From the NCBI RefSeq assembly GCF_009914755.1, contig NC_060942.1: a DNA stretch of 64,000 nucleotides. One strand, written 5' to 3'. Both the position numbers and the translations under genes were made by a program. Origin of the DNA: the human T2T-CHM13v2.0 reference genome, Homo sapiens. The notes below the pieces were generated by a model, which saw nothing but the letters and a program-made list of their open reading frames with translations, was not told the DNA's origin and did no database searches. Shown one piece after another: positions 42,384 through 55,619 of the stretch (its first letter is position 1; every line of letters begins with the position of its first letter).

Positions 42384-45166
42384 GTACGTACCGCCCCCCA
42401 CACGCCGCCCGCGCCTCCCGCCGGCCCCGCCGCTCGCCCCGCGCCGGTCCGCGGCGGCGGAGACGGCCACTTCCAGCCCGAGCCGCCGCCCGCTCGCCGG
42501 GCTCCTGCTCTTTGTTATTCTGCGGGAGTGGGCTCGCCCGGGGGCCCCTGTGTGTGTGCGTGCGCGCGCGGAGGGGCGCAGCGATTATCTCCGGGAGCCC
42601 CGCGTCCGGGACCGCCCGGGACACTTCTCCCCGTACTTCGCTCTCGGGGCTCTGCTGTGCCTTCTCCACGGGTGAATTTCCGAGCGCTCGGCGCAGCTCG
42701 ACTTCCCTCTCTGCCGCTCCGGAGACCTTTGTGTGGCAATTACCACTCCCTCCCGGCCCCTCCACCCCCCGGAATTTCATCAATAACTCTGTGCACAGTC
42801 TGTGTGTATGTTCGGCGTTTGTGAGTTCAAACATTTTACACGTGCATGCATGGTGTGTGTCCGACACGGACTTGTGGGGCGTGTGCATGTGGGCTAGGTG
42901 GTTGCGTGTCTGTGTGCCATGTCGTGTGCATTATGTGTGCACACTGATACGTGCATGTTTTGTGTGGCTCCAGTTCGTTTGTGTTTGTAGGTATTGTGCT
43001 CTGCTCGATGTTTGTGTGTACATTCTGTGCACGTGTGTGCAATTTGTGAGTGTGTTTCGGGTGTGTGTGTGTTTGGTGAAGTTGGGTCAGTGTCATTTGT
43101 AGTGGGAGGTTATTAAGAGTGTACAGCTAGGTGTATTTTACTGCTGGCTTCCTGGGCGGTGTTACTTGGCTGCTTTTCCTTTTCTTTAACCTTTCGGAGC
43201 TTACGTTTTAATCATCGAAAGAATGTCTCTATAGAAATGCCGGTTGGCAGAGGGGCGTCGGCGTCTTTGGTTTGATGCATGTATATGTGTGGGTTTTTCT
43301 TTTCTTTCTTTCTTTTTTCTTCCTATCTTCTTTTAAAGGACAGCTGTAAAAGGATTTTTCAAAAGGATATTTCTGTACAGTGTGTCTCGGGAATGCCAGG
43401 CATTACATTTGAAGCTAAGCCTTTCAGGGTTTTGGCTGCATAAATTAAACATTTATTCGCCAGCTTACTATCTGTTATAAATTGGCCAAAAGAAAGCAGA
43501 CTGCATGCAGCGGGGGTTTTGGGAGGGGGGAGGAGGACGTGTTATTGGGTTGACTTTGTAAAGATTGTTTTACTGTAACTGTAGTCATTTTGAAAAGCAT
43601 TTGAGTAACTACATTATGCTCAAGGAGAACATTTGTCAAAAGTAATTATCTGAGTTTGGTTGAAGGGCCTTGCTCTGGTATGTATCTGGATTCTAGCAAA
43701 GGGTTTTAGATAATTGGCCCTATTGCCCAGCGAAGAAGTGACAAAGTCCTTTTTAATTGCAATCTAGTTATTGGTAGCTGGAGTGCCCAGGTCCCTTTAC
43801 TTAATCTCTTAATTTTGTAGTGTTGTATGTTATTTCTCCACTTATCTGTGATTGCGTTAATCGCTAAATCTCTCACTCTGTGGATGAATGGGCAGGTGAT
43901 AGTGATTCTTTAATGAACTGCATCTGGAAGAGGAAACTTAAGTTGTGGGGAATATGTGAGAAGTAAGCAGTAAGTGTTAAGTAGATGCCAGATTGATGTT
44001 GTCAATGAGTTTTTGCTGGAGCATAGTACATTACTTATTGTTTGCTCGGCCATTAATTCAGAATTGTGTGGGGATGTGCAAGGCTTCTGAAAATGCATTA
44101 TTCAGGTTCCGTGGAGTGGCAATCAAGTACTATTAGAGAGCTTTAGTGTATATTTTAAGCAAGTGAACAATGAGTTGATTTATAAATATTTAAAAATAAT
44201 AAGTCATGAATTAGCCATATCTGCCTGCAGAGAATTATTTAATAAATAACATTACTCTGATGGAATTTAAAGCTAGCCATTTGTATTCAATCAGTATATG
44301 TTACTATTCTTGAAGGTACTGTGTTTTATTTGATCTAATAATGATATATCTGTATTGATATAATTTGAAAGAGATTTCTAAGTCACAGGTTTTTGTTAAA
44401 AGTTGGATTTTCCTCTCGAAAAGTTCGTTGATGGGAAAAGACACACTAGGAGTCATCAACACAAAAGAACGATAGACCAGATGTCTCTATTTTAACCAGA
44501 CATATTGAACTAGTAGTTATGGTAATTTTTCAATTTGGTTTAAGTTATTTTTCCCCTGGTAGTTGTATAAATGTGTATGTATTCAAAATGTGCCAGTTAA
44601 AATCAAATACTGAATAAAATTGCAAGGAATCGTACTGGAAATATAATTTTCAGAAATTTATGATTTGTATAAGTGACTTATCTAATTCTTATTTTGTGAA
44701 GAAAGGAGAAATTGATCCATTTGGTTAACGGTGATAACTGGTCACCATTAACCAAATTAATATTTGGTTAATTTTCATATTTTCTTTATGATTACGTGAA
44801 TACATATGGACTTGAATTCTCTTCTAAACTTGCATGATAAAATATTTTTACTTTTATAATTGATAGTATTTCTTAACTCTCAATTAAAAAAAGTTTTTAA
44901 GCATTTCTGTGATATAGATACTATCATTTCATATTACACAATGCTTCTGATGATTTTGCTGTTGTTGTTAGGGACTTTAGCCTTTTCTTCATCAAATATT
45001 AAATGAGGTGCCTGATTTTAAAAGTAAAGATTCAGGATGGATAGAAAATATATAACTCAATATGTGGTTTTTGCAATAAATGAACTAAAGAGAGAGTACT
45101 CAAATTAACGTTAAGAATGATCTTCCAATTCATGCAGAATATGTTATATATATCTTTCTTGCTGGA

Positions 45167-45170
<4 letters not shown>

Positions 45171-45198
<28 letters not shown>
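45171..45198. repeat. (GT)14 microsatellite
   Basis: Directly counted. Confidence 0.98.
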
Positions 45199-45199
<1 letters not shown>

Positions 45200-46400
45200 A
45201 TTTTCTTGAAAGATAGGACATCAGGGGAGAGGAAATGCAAAATAGATATTTTGAACCATGACCAAAAGCTTATGTATAAATGTGGCTTTGCCTTCACTTA
45301 AAGAAAAATATATGTGGAAGAAGAATCTTTCTAGTGTAACTAAGACTTTCCAGTTCACAACAGAATTTCTATTTTCTTTCTTTGTGAGAAAAAGTATATG
45401 GTCTCCAAATTTGTAAACTCTGGAGTGGCAACTTTAGGGATTTTGTTTTAGATACAGATGCAGCTATCAAGCTGTATCATTTTCCTCAAAGAAGTGTGTA
45501 ATGCTTGTATGTGTTAGGCTTGCTTAGTGTATGAAAGAAGGAATGGTGGTACAATTTGCCTGTGTTTTCAGGAATGCAGTGATTATTAACAGGCTGCCAT
45601 TTTAAAACAGTAATACCACATCTTTTTTTCCCCTTCTTTTTTCTTCTGCCCTGCATCAGTTGCAGAAATTTCAGGCTTTAGCCTCCTCCCCTCCCCCACA
45701 GCCTTCTGCAGTTGTAGTTGTGTTACTTTGCGCATTGCCATTTAATATGGAGTCTGCTCCCAAACCAGATGCATTTTCATCTGTTTTATCTGCTCTTCTA
45801 AGGTTGTAGAGTCTCAGAGGATCCCACAATCACATGGAAGTATCTTCTGTCTTAATATTTGTAGACCACAATAAGAATAAAAATCAAAACCATAACTCAT
45901 GTCGAGCTGGGGCTTTGACTTTAATCCTTCTGACTTTTATCTCAAGTCTTCATTCTGTTACTATAAATACAGTTTAAACCATTGTGAAACGATCTTCATG
46001 CTTCTTTGTAAAAAATGGGGATTTGACAGGACTTTGTTTTACAGCACTAAGGGGTTTCTTTGTTACTGGCTTAACACAGAACATACTGTTATTTATATAT
46101 TTATTCTAGGTTAATTCTTTTTTTGACATGCAAAAATATTGCTTTGAGAAGTGCTTTTTGATATCTTCATCACTTTGTTCTATAGGGAATGCTGCTTTTA
46201 AGATAATAGTTTAATGTATTAATTTGTTCCCTGAGTTTCCTTTTATTTTATTCCTTACAATCTTTGTTTAGTCTCAGTGACACCTGAAAATAAATCTTAA
46301 CTATTTCAATAGCTTTGTGCTTGGTAACATGGCTGATTTATTTACTTGTAGTTTAGATACATGCACACAGATAATGAACATCAGTTTGTTGGTTGGTTTT

Positions 46401-46404
<4 letters not shown>

Positions 46405-46438
<34 letters not shown>
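46405..46438. repeat. (TG)17 microsatellite
   Basis: Directly counted. Confidence 0.98.
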
Positions 46439-46444
<6 letters not shown>

Positions 46445-46658
46445 TGGTAGTTCAAGGTGACCTTTGGGTAAAAATTTTTTAATGACAAATTCACCTCATT
46501 GTTGGAAGAAAACAGGCACATAACCTTTTACGACACAGCAGGGTTACTGAAGGTTTTAAGTAAATTAAAATTTGGTAAATCATATTGTGTTAAAAATTAA
46601 TCTACACTGAACAAAAGATTCACACAGATTTCCTTAAATTAATAGAGGAAATATTATG

Positions 46659-46730
46659 CATTACATTCTAAATAAACTGTTAGGATTTATTTATGCAATA
46701 CATTACATTCTAAATAAACTGTTAGGATTT
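46659..46730. repeat. 30-bp exact direct repeat, 42-bp period
   Basis: CATTACATTCTAAATAAACTGTTAGGATTT at 46659-46688 and 46701-46730. Confidence 0.97.
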
Positions 46731-47569
46731 CTATAAAATAAAGCTGAATGGTATTGTAGCTGTTAAAATTTTTAAAAAGCAATTCATAATTGTGTAATTT
46801 ACTGGTTGCCTTGCCTTTTGTCTTTGTATTTGGGAAATAAATATAATTTTTTAGGAGTGATAAGCATGGTGATAGGGGAGGGCGTGTGTACTGCCTTTGA
46901 CATTTTCTCACTGTGTTAATGGTACTTTGATTTCAGGTTATAATCAGGTATTCTTAAGAGTTGAAGAATTTTGACGTGTGATTTGGGTCACTCCAAAGGT
47001 ACACAAGAGCATAACTGACAATGTAGTTGGATCATGAGCCTGGCTAATATAGTTTTGCAAATGTAGTTTTATTTTTAATCACTAAAATTTCAGTTGGTTT
47101 GATTCAGCTCTTTTCTGTGGTCTGCACATAGCATCATTTCTTTATATCTATATCTCATCACCTTTTCTTTCAAACATGGAACCTAAATTTCTGTTTTACA
47201 GTTTGAAAGATAAAAAAGAGTTTAATGATCTCTATGCCTATTTAGAAAGAAAATGAGTTTCAAGCTGGATAAAAATGTACTTGAAAGAATGAGTAATGTG
47301 AACTTAGACCTGGTGTTTAGGTTGTTAATTTTTTATTTCCTGCCGACATTAAGTTTTTCTATTTTTTTGACAAATTCATGAGTAACAGATGATTTCTTAG
47401 ATGCCAGAAATGAACTATTTTCTTGGTGTACTGTGGCTTTTAGACTTGTAGAGTTGTACCTGGAAGGGAATTTCACCACAGAAAAGTTAACTGATAGAGG
47501 AATTGAATTCAACATTTAATAATGTAATAATTTTTAAACTTCAATGAAATGCACTGGAAAAGTGAAATA

Positions 47570-48075
47570 TGGCCCCTAAACACTTTGTAGGCTCCTATGT
47601 ATATGATTCAGATGCTGTTGAGGATACAAAGATACATCCTTAAGCAGTATAAAGTTTGGTAGAGGAACAAGAAAAAGTGGAGGATGACTGAGCTGACACC
47701 ATCTGTAGGTGACACATGAGTGATCAAGCAGGTGCTCATTTACAGATTTACAGAAGGGAAAAGCTATGTGGTATGTGGTGATTGTGGAATGCTCAATGGA
47801 TTAGGTGAAACTTGGTTTGGCCTTGAAATATGAGTAAGTTTAAGCAGGTGAAGAGAGAGCCTTCTAAGAAGAGAGAACGACATGGACAGAGGTGAGGTGC
47901 AGGCAAGAGGATAGGTTCAGGGGGTGATGAGTGGAGGAATCTAGAAATACCAGAAGACTTGGGGGGGCATAGGCACTGGGACAGAATTGAAAATGTAATT
48001 GCGATCAGATTGGGGAGGGATTTAAAGCCATTTTCATATTCAGTGAGTTTTACTATGGGGCTGTTGTAGTTAGGT
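47570..48075 (-). mobile_element. L2 fragment
   Basis: Degenerate antisense L2 3' region (GGCTCCTATGTATATG...GCTGTTGAGGATACAAAGAT; GGCCTTGAAATATGAGTAAGTTT). Confidence 0.5.
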
Positions 48076-51000
48076 GGTAATAGAAAGGGAATTAAAGACT
48101 CACCCCCTATTCTCCTTGCACACACAAAGAAGCACAAAACAAAATGAATATCACTTATGTCATAAGTCTTACGATATGTATTTGTACAGTGATGGGGGGT
48201 GCACCAGTGAGTGGTCTGAAGCTGTTTCTGAATGTTTTCATTACTTGATACTAAAGAATCTGAAAACAAATTAAATGATACAATTTAATTCTGTCTCATG
48301 TTCTTTACCAAATGAGGCAAAGTGAAAAAAAAATCAGTAAATTATATACATTACATTTGTATAAGACTTACATAGAGCACTCTGTTCCCTAAAATACCCT
48401 CTTGAGATTAGTCAGTAGCTAGGACTATCCCAGTAACTGTCTCTGAGAGTGGTTTAATGATACACCCAATATCATCATCCTGTCTATAAAAGCAAGGCTG
48501 GGACAATATATATGTATGTGTGTCTGTGCATGCACACACATACACATACACATTTTATATTTATATGTTGTGTATATATGTGTGTGTGTGTATGTGTGTC
48601 TGTATGTGTGTGTGTATACTTTTTTTTTTCTATGTAACTTGTCATTTTTTAAAAAAACAATATGGGTGTTTAAAGTGATGTGAATTTAATTGATCTGTTA
48701 CATGGAAGCGTAGGGAGGGCCCAAGCCTATGTCATACTTATTCCCTGCCTTTTGGATTGCCTACATATGTATTCTCCTCCCTCAGTCCCTTCCTCTCACT
48801 CTGTCTTCCTCCTTCCTTCCCTCTTTTCCTTCTGACATTCTGCTTGAAATTATTATCTTCTTTTACATTTTAAACTTTTCCTTTAAAGCTCATCAGTGGC
48901 AGATCCTGGCTCCTTCCTGATAGGGCCAGGAGGAGGGGCATCTGTATACAACCACTTTCAGCTATTTGCCAGCACTGAGTGCCTTGATTGTTCTGCTTTT
49001 GTCCCTGCACAGTTGGTAGCTGCCAAAATCTAGCCCTGACGGAAACTTTCCCTGAAGAGCCCTTGGGGAACAAATAGAAACATTATATGATTAACCACGT
49101 TGTTTTCATTATTAAACAAATCTACAAAAAGGAGTAGCAATTAACAGCTTTATCAGTCTGAATTTAGACACCTACCTCTCCTCTTCCCTCAGTATTCCCA
49201 CTTGAAGTAGTAACAATTAACTGTTGCTGGTTTTAATGTCAGCAACTGACAACACTAAATTGGGAATAGGCAGGTCTCCTGGTTGATTGACATATAGCCC
49301 TCTGACACATTCTTACGTAGTTTTAAGGCAAATTTATGCCCTGGGGTTAGCGCCAAAGGGCTTGTCAGAACATTGCCTTTAATATCTGAAATATATAACT
49401 TAAATGACATCCAAGGCCTTAGCTTTGGAGGAACTTTTAGAATCTGAGGAATTCTCCAAGGCGGTGCAATTTAGACTCAGTGGACAGGCTTAGGAATTGT
49501 AAGATTTTCCTAAATATATGCATGTCTAATTTATGATACAATTATTATTGCTTTATTTTGCATAGATGTAGCATAAATTAGTCCAGAGAAAACTAGATTA
49601 TGATTTTTTAAAACAATTGCACAATTGGTATTTTTGGCAAGTACACGTATTCCATTATTCTTTATGCATCTGTTGATTTAAAAAAATCAAAGTCAATCAT
49701 AATTATTTATGACTTATAGAAGGCAATAGGATGGACCATTCTTTATTCAGAAGGTGAATGGCATTTCTAAGATACTATTAACCATAATGTATTAGAACCT
49801 ATTTTAATAAATTTCAGTAAATAGAAACTGAAATTCGATCTTTGGGTTTGTTTTCCAGCTCGGTCATAGAGAGTCATGATACAGTGAGGCTGTTGTTTAT
49901 TCTCCATTTTTTTAATGTCAAAATAAATTACTACATATGTAATCTTTACATACATCAAATCCTTGTTGACATAGCCCCAGAACTAAGTCACTGTCTGGAA
50001 CATCAGGACTCTTTGTGACCCTCCACCCCCACCACCACCCCAAATGTGCACACAACAAATAAACCCTTATTTTAACAAGTATATATAAGAAAATTGCCTT
50101 CCTTTTTTTTTAAAGTATTATGTCTTCAAAACCTTGCAGTTAGAAATTGTTGTAATATTTTTCTTCTTCATTTCTTGTCTCTCTCATTTGTAAATCTTAG
50201 AGATTTAATTAATTTTTAAAAATCAGATTTCTTGATAGCTTCATTTCTCTTTCCATCACTTTTAACTCTTTCCTGCTCACTTGAGTGTCCCCTTCTCTCA
50301 GTTGCCCCTTTAGTGTTGGTGTATTTCAGGATGTTTCCTCCCCCTCCTCTTTATTCTCGTCGCCCCACACCCTTGGCCAGCTTGCCTAGCCCAATGTCAA
50401 GTCTTCTCTGATGAGGATGTCAGCCCTGATCTTTCCCCTGAATTTTAGAATTTTGTTAATAATTCCTTTTGTCTGTCTTCATGTATTGTGGATATTTCAA
50501 ATGAAATTTATCCAGTTCATTTAAACATTTATTGGATACTTTCAACAATTGTGTCATGCATTGGGCAAAGAAGAATGTGACAGTGTTCCTGTCTATTAGG
50601 GGATTATCTATGTGTCCCTAAGCACATGGTGTCCAGAGAAAGTGGTAGAGTCTGTCTTCCGAGTATAGCTCACATTTAACTCCTCCTCTATTCATTCACT
50701 ACATCTTACTTAGTTCTGACCTTCCAAATAGTTGTGTCTCTAACCTCTTTTCCAAATCTTACTGAAGCTGTAGTTATTTTTCAAGAACAGATACAATTTT
50801 ACTGAATCATTCCTGTTTAAAACGTTTGTGATTACCTTTAACCAAAAGTACCCCAGGCCGTAAGAAGCCCTTTTCAAAACTGACAACACTGTTTTAAAGT
50901 GATATATCATTGAATTTTCTAATCATATGCAGAATTTAGCATGTTTTATTTGTTATACACCACACAACCCCTGCAATCTTGTAGCAATTTCTACAGCCTT

Positions 51001-51984
51001 AGATTTATGTTATTTTCTTTTAAAACACATCAAACTAGTTATTTTTGACATTAGTTAATTGATTACATTTATCAGCTTATTTAATCAACTTCTCTGTTCA
51101 ACTTTCTTATATCACGCTCCCTCTTTCTAAATTGCTTTTCACAGCTTTATAATTTTTATGTGAAAGTCTTTGGATAGCAAATATTCTTAGTTTTTGTATG
51201 GTGAAATGTTTTTGTTTTGCCTTCACCTTTAAAAATATGTTTTAATTAAACTTTTTAACTTTGAGATACAGACTCACATGAAGTTGTAAAAGTTAGAAAA
51301 TAAAAGGATGAATAGATGGTCACATATCTTCTCCCTGTCATTCTTACTCTCTCCTGAAATCCTTACTATCCTCAAAAAATTGAATCTGAATACAGTCAAG
51401 ATTGGGTACAAAAATAATTAAAAGCCACCCTTTTGAAGCAGTATCCGCTGAATTTGTAGATTACAATTAAAAAAAAAAGGAGAAACTTAGTAGGAAAAAA
51501 CAAAAAGATCTCATATTACCCTCACCTTTGAATGATAATTTAGCTAGTTATAAAAGTCGGCTGATTATTTTTTATCCTTAGTACTTTGGAAATGTTCATT
51601 TGTCATGTCCATGAGTTAAATTGTTATTCTTAAAGAGGTATAATATACATTTTATATCTGATAGTTGCTACATGTTCTCTTTATTTTTGAAGTTGTACAG
51701 TTTTAATAGTCTGTCTTAATGTTTATGGGTGGATTTATCTTTATTCTACTTAGTGTGTATGTGTGTGTATATATATATATTTGCTTTAAAATGTGGATCA
51801 TGCTGTGGTTTATAACCTATTGATTGCATTTTATCACTGTTAGTCTATGAATTATTTGAAGTATTTTAAGATTTCCCTTAACATCTAGCAGATCGTTATC
51901 TAGCTTATGGGTTGGGGATGATACAAGAACAATGGGGAAAGGACTCCCTTAATCCTGTACATGATGCAGTGCTGAATGTATTGG

Positions 51985-52450
51985 TTTTATTATTCAGAAT
52001 TATGGACTGCAAGCAACAGAACACAACTCCTCCTAATTTAAGTAGAAAAGGAGCAGGTTTTTTTTTTTTTTGGAGGTCATAAAGTATTTCATATAATCAA
52101 AAAGGATCTGGAGAATGAGGCCTGATAAATAGGGATCAATAGAGGCTGGGCAGTGAAAACACATAGACAAGGTCATGCTTCAAGAATAGCCTAGTTGGAA
52201 TATTGCTGTGGGCACTAATATCATCAGTAATAGTCACCACCATGACTCCATGCTTATTGCATGAGACACTGCCATTGTTCCCAGTGTGTCATGAATAGTC
52301 TCGTAATTTGCTGTCTTTGCACCCCATGTTGAAGATTAAAATACACATTCAGGAGAATCAAATTGGCAGACTCTAGGTCCCATGTCTGTACCTTAGGTGC
52401 CAGAGAGCGATGATAAAGTATATATGGCCCCTTCAACTCCTGTAGTGAAA
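51985..52450. mobile_element. MLT1-type MaLR LTR
   Basis: GGACTGCAAGCAACAGAACACAACTC...AATTTAAGTAGAAAAGGA and TCTAGGTCCCATGTCTGTACCTTAGGTGCCAG are typical of old MLT1. Confidence 0.55.
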
Positions 52451-52769
52451 TATCTCCATTTGCATTTTCATAGCAACAATGAAGTCCACAACATTAAAGC
52501 TGAATGCCTTATCTCTTTCCCACTCCCATCAAGTCTTCTCCTCCTTTCTTTCATTTCCCAGTAAAGCCACCACCATTTCCACATTTGTTCAAGCCACAAA
52601 CCCTCTTGTCAGTGTTATACATTCTTATATTTTTTTCTTATACCCAGTAAATCACTGACTTCTGCCACCTTCATCTTTTTTCTTCTACTCTTCAGATCCT
52701 TGTTTTTAAATACTATAGTTATACATCCATTTCCACTGTCATTTACCTTAATTCAGGCTGTTATATGGG

Positions 52770-53010
52770 TTATGGAGACAGTGTAGATTAATGATGGTCC
52801 TAAGAGTCAGGCAGATTTGAGTTTGAGTCCAAAGTCTGCCACTTACTATGTGTTTGACCTTGAGAAAGTTACATAACATCTCTCAATTTTATTTCTATTG
52901 TTTAATAAAGGAATAATAATATCTACCGTAAAGAGTGGTTGCAATATTTAAATAAGATAATGTGTGTAGCGTAGTTTTGTGTCTGACGTTATAAGATGCC
53001 AGTTAATGTT
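52770..53010 (+). mobile_element. MIR within L2 remnants
   Basis: GAGTCAGGCAGATTTGAGTTTGAGTCC...TCTGCCACTTACTATGTGTTTGACCTTGAGAAAGTTACATAACATCTCT. Confidence 0.75.
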
Positions 53011-53654
53011 AGTATTTGGTAGCTTCCATCTTATGAAGTTCCTGCAACAACTTTGTAATTTGTTTCACTGACTCTAGACTTGCCTTCACTGAGAATGATT
53101 CTTTTTGCATTTATAATCACTTATTTAAAAGTGAAACTGGTTCATGGTACCCGCTTTGAGTCTAAGTACTGTAGGAAATAGACGGCATTACCTTGAAGGG
53201 GTGATTGAAGAAAGGGCACAGTAAAAGAAAAGAACAGGATATAGTGAGAGAAAAAAGGCTTGCTCTGACTTTCATATCAAGATAACTATTGTCTAGTACA
53301 TTGATTACAACACAGATTGGAAATGTTTGCAAAGTAAATAATCTCCTTTATATGTGCTAGTAAACTATTCTTAAACTTAGTGTCATAGCCTCCTTTTAAG
53401 AGTATAGGAATTTTATATGATGGAATAACCTTAGTATATCAATCATAATAAAATTATTACTAAAGGACAGTAATACCTTTATCACTAATTAATAAAAATA
53501 GCAATAAGAACTAATAATGATTGGGTACTTATGTGCTTCATGCTGAACTAAACTTGTTATATGCATTATATTGCTTAATCCTGTGAGTAAGCTTAGGAGA
53601 CATTTTATAATATTATTCACATTTGTCAAATGAAGAAATTGAGATTTAGAGTGT

Positions 53655-54205
53655 GTATTAGTTGAGTTTCTCCCGGTTACAAGTAAAACAAATTTAACTC
53701 AAATTAGTTTAAGGAAAAAGGCTCACATAACTGAGAAATCCAGGAATGAACTTCAGTTCTAGGTGAGGTAGGGACTTAGAGAATGTCGTCAAGGTATTTG
53801 CTTTCTATGTTTTTTTTTTTTTTTTTTTGCTTTGTTTTTTTCTTGGCTTCATGGTGTAGGCAGGATTCTATTTAGGTATTGGACAAGGTAAGATGGCCAC
53901 TGGCACAACCTACGTGTGTTGTCCAACCTTAGCCACGACAGCCTAAAGACAATCTCAGTCTCTTTTCCCCTCCCCAGGCCATATCTCTCTCTTATTTTTT
54001 AAGTGCTAATGCCAAAGAAGATTTTACTTTATCCTTGCTTGGCTGATATGCCCATTCCTGCACCAACAGCAATTGCCAAGATCAGGTATCACGATTGATT
54101 GCTACACAAGGATCATGTAGAGAGGAGGAAAATTACAAAAAAGCACCAATAAAAGGCAGATGGAAAGTATGCTGGAAAAACAAATTATAAATGACATTGC
54201 CTTTG
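53655..54205. mobile_element. MLT1J/K-like LTR inserted in a MIR (53510-54310)
   Basis: TGTATTAGTTGAG...GGTTACAAGTAAAACAAATTTAACTCAAATTAGTTTAAGG...GGCTCACATAACTGAGAAATCCAGG. MIR halves lie on both sides. Confidence 0.6.
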
Positions 54206-55286
54206 CTATATAGACGGTGAATTAACTTGCTTAGCTAGTAAGTTGTGGAGGACTGTTTCCAGTCTGGGTCTGCCTGACTTTAGACCTTAAGTGTTCTAAT
54301 GTAGGTACTCTTCATTCATTACTTCTGTTATTATTTTTATAATATTTATTTTACACTAAATATATGTTAAAGCTCAGGCATCCATTACAAAGAACCTAAA
54401 TATCTCTTTGGTCTGTTTCTACTGAAACCTACTTTCCTGATTTAGAAGCTAGAAGTTACCATGGATGATTTCTGTTCTATTTTCCCCCACAGACTAGTTT
54501 CTTTATGGTTATATAGGAATAGTCTATATATAATATTTATAAGATAGTTTGACACAATTTAGGATCCAAGTACTATTTAGATCTTAACACACTAAAATAT
54601 ACATTTCTTCGTGAAGCTTCCAGGTACCTTCTGGATGAAAGTAAATATTTTTATTCACTGTCTAAAATGCCCAAGAAGAACCTTTATTGATCATAATCCT
54701 TAGATGATATTAACTTACCGAAGAGAACAAATGTTTCTTCTCCATGGAATGAATCTTCACTCATTTTCTGAATATTGAGATTAGGTCAGCATCAGATAAT
54801 GATTCCTTATTTCATGTAGGAATTTATGGACATCACAGTCTTATTGCTGCCATTTGCTGTTTATTCATTTGACAACATTTCTCCTTTCCTAGAGCCCAAA
54901 TGAATCAAATATAGTGTTTCAGAAATTTTTTTTCTCTCCTTCTCCCTCTTTTTAACACATTTTACTTAGCTTTGTGGAAATTTATCTCTACTTTTTCAGC
55001 TTGGAAAGTGGATGGTTCTGAGAATTGATGTTTTTCATGCTCTGTCCTGGGCAGAGTTGCTACTATTTAAAGAGAATACACATTTAGTCTGGATCCACCA
55101 GGATCTTTAGTGAGCGAATGAGAAAAAGAAACATGCTATTGAATATAAACAAAAATATTATCTCCTATTCTCATCCTTTCTCCAATTTTTATTTCTTTGT
55201 CATTTTTTGCTAATGCTCTGTTTACAAACCAAGTTCCAGTAACTAAATAGGAATAGATGGACTGTCAGCAGGAAAAAGAAAAATGA

Positions 55287-55619
<333 letters not shown>

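Larger units (their letters stand above)
41550..42900. promoter_or_regulatory. ASXL3: CpG island / ASXL3 promoter (probably bidirectional)
   Basis: Abrupt rise in GC and CpG content within an AT-rich window. GC boxes (GGGGCGG, CCCCGCCCC), no TATA box. Contains the first coding exon. Confidence 0.95.

Noticed and set aside
42384-42824. Continuation of the ASXL3 frame to 164 aa, and an in-frame alternative donor CGG|GTGAAT at 42671/42672
   Set aside because: ASXL similarity stops exactly at CTG|GTACGT. The rest is intron read-through, and an extension would split the N-terminal domain. No support from sequence alone.
41795-43102. 435-aa ORF spanning the CpG island
   Set aside because: Starts at a GTG upstream of the probable TSS, crosses the exon 1 donor, and is low-complexity Arg/Pro then Cys/Val. 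This is a stop-poor GC/TG artefact. Only the part from ATG 42317 is kept, as a possible overlapping uORF.
43240-43262. CTCF-like TTGGCAGAGGGGCG
   Set aside because: Lacks the conserved 5' CC and has the wrong G-run spacing. Weak match.
46659-46730. 30-bp direct repeats as a CRISPR-like array
   Set aside because: Only two copies with a 12-bp spacer, in a primate intron with no cas genes.
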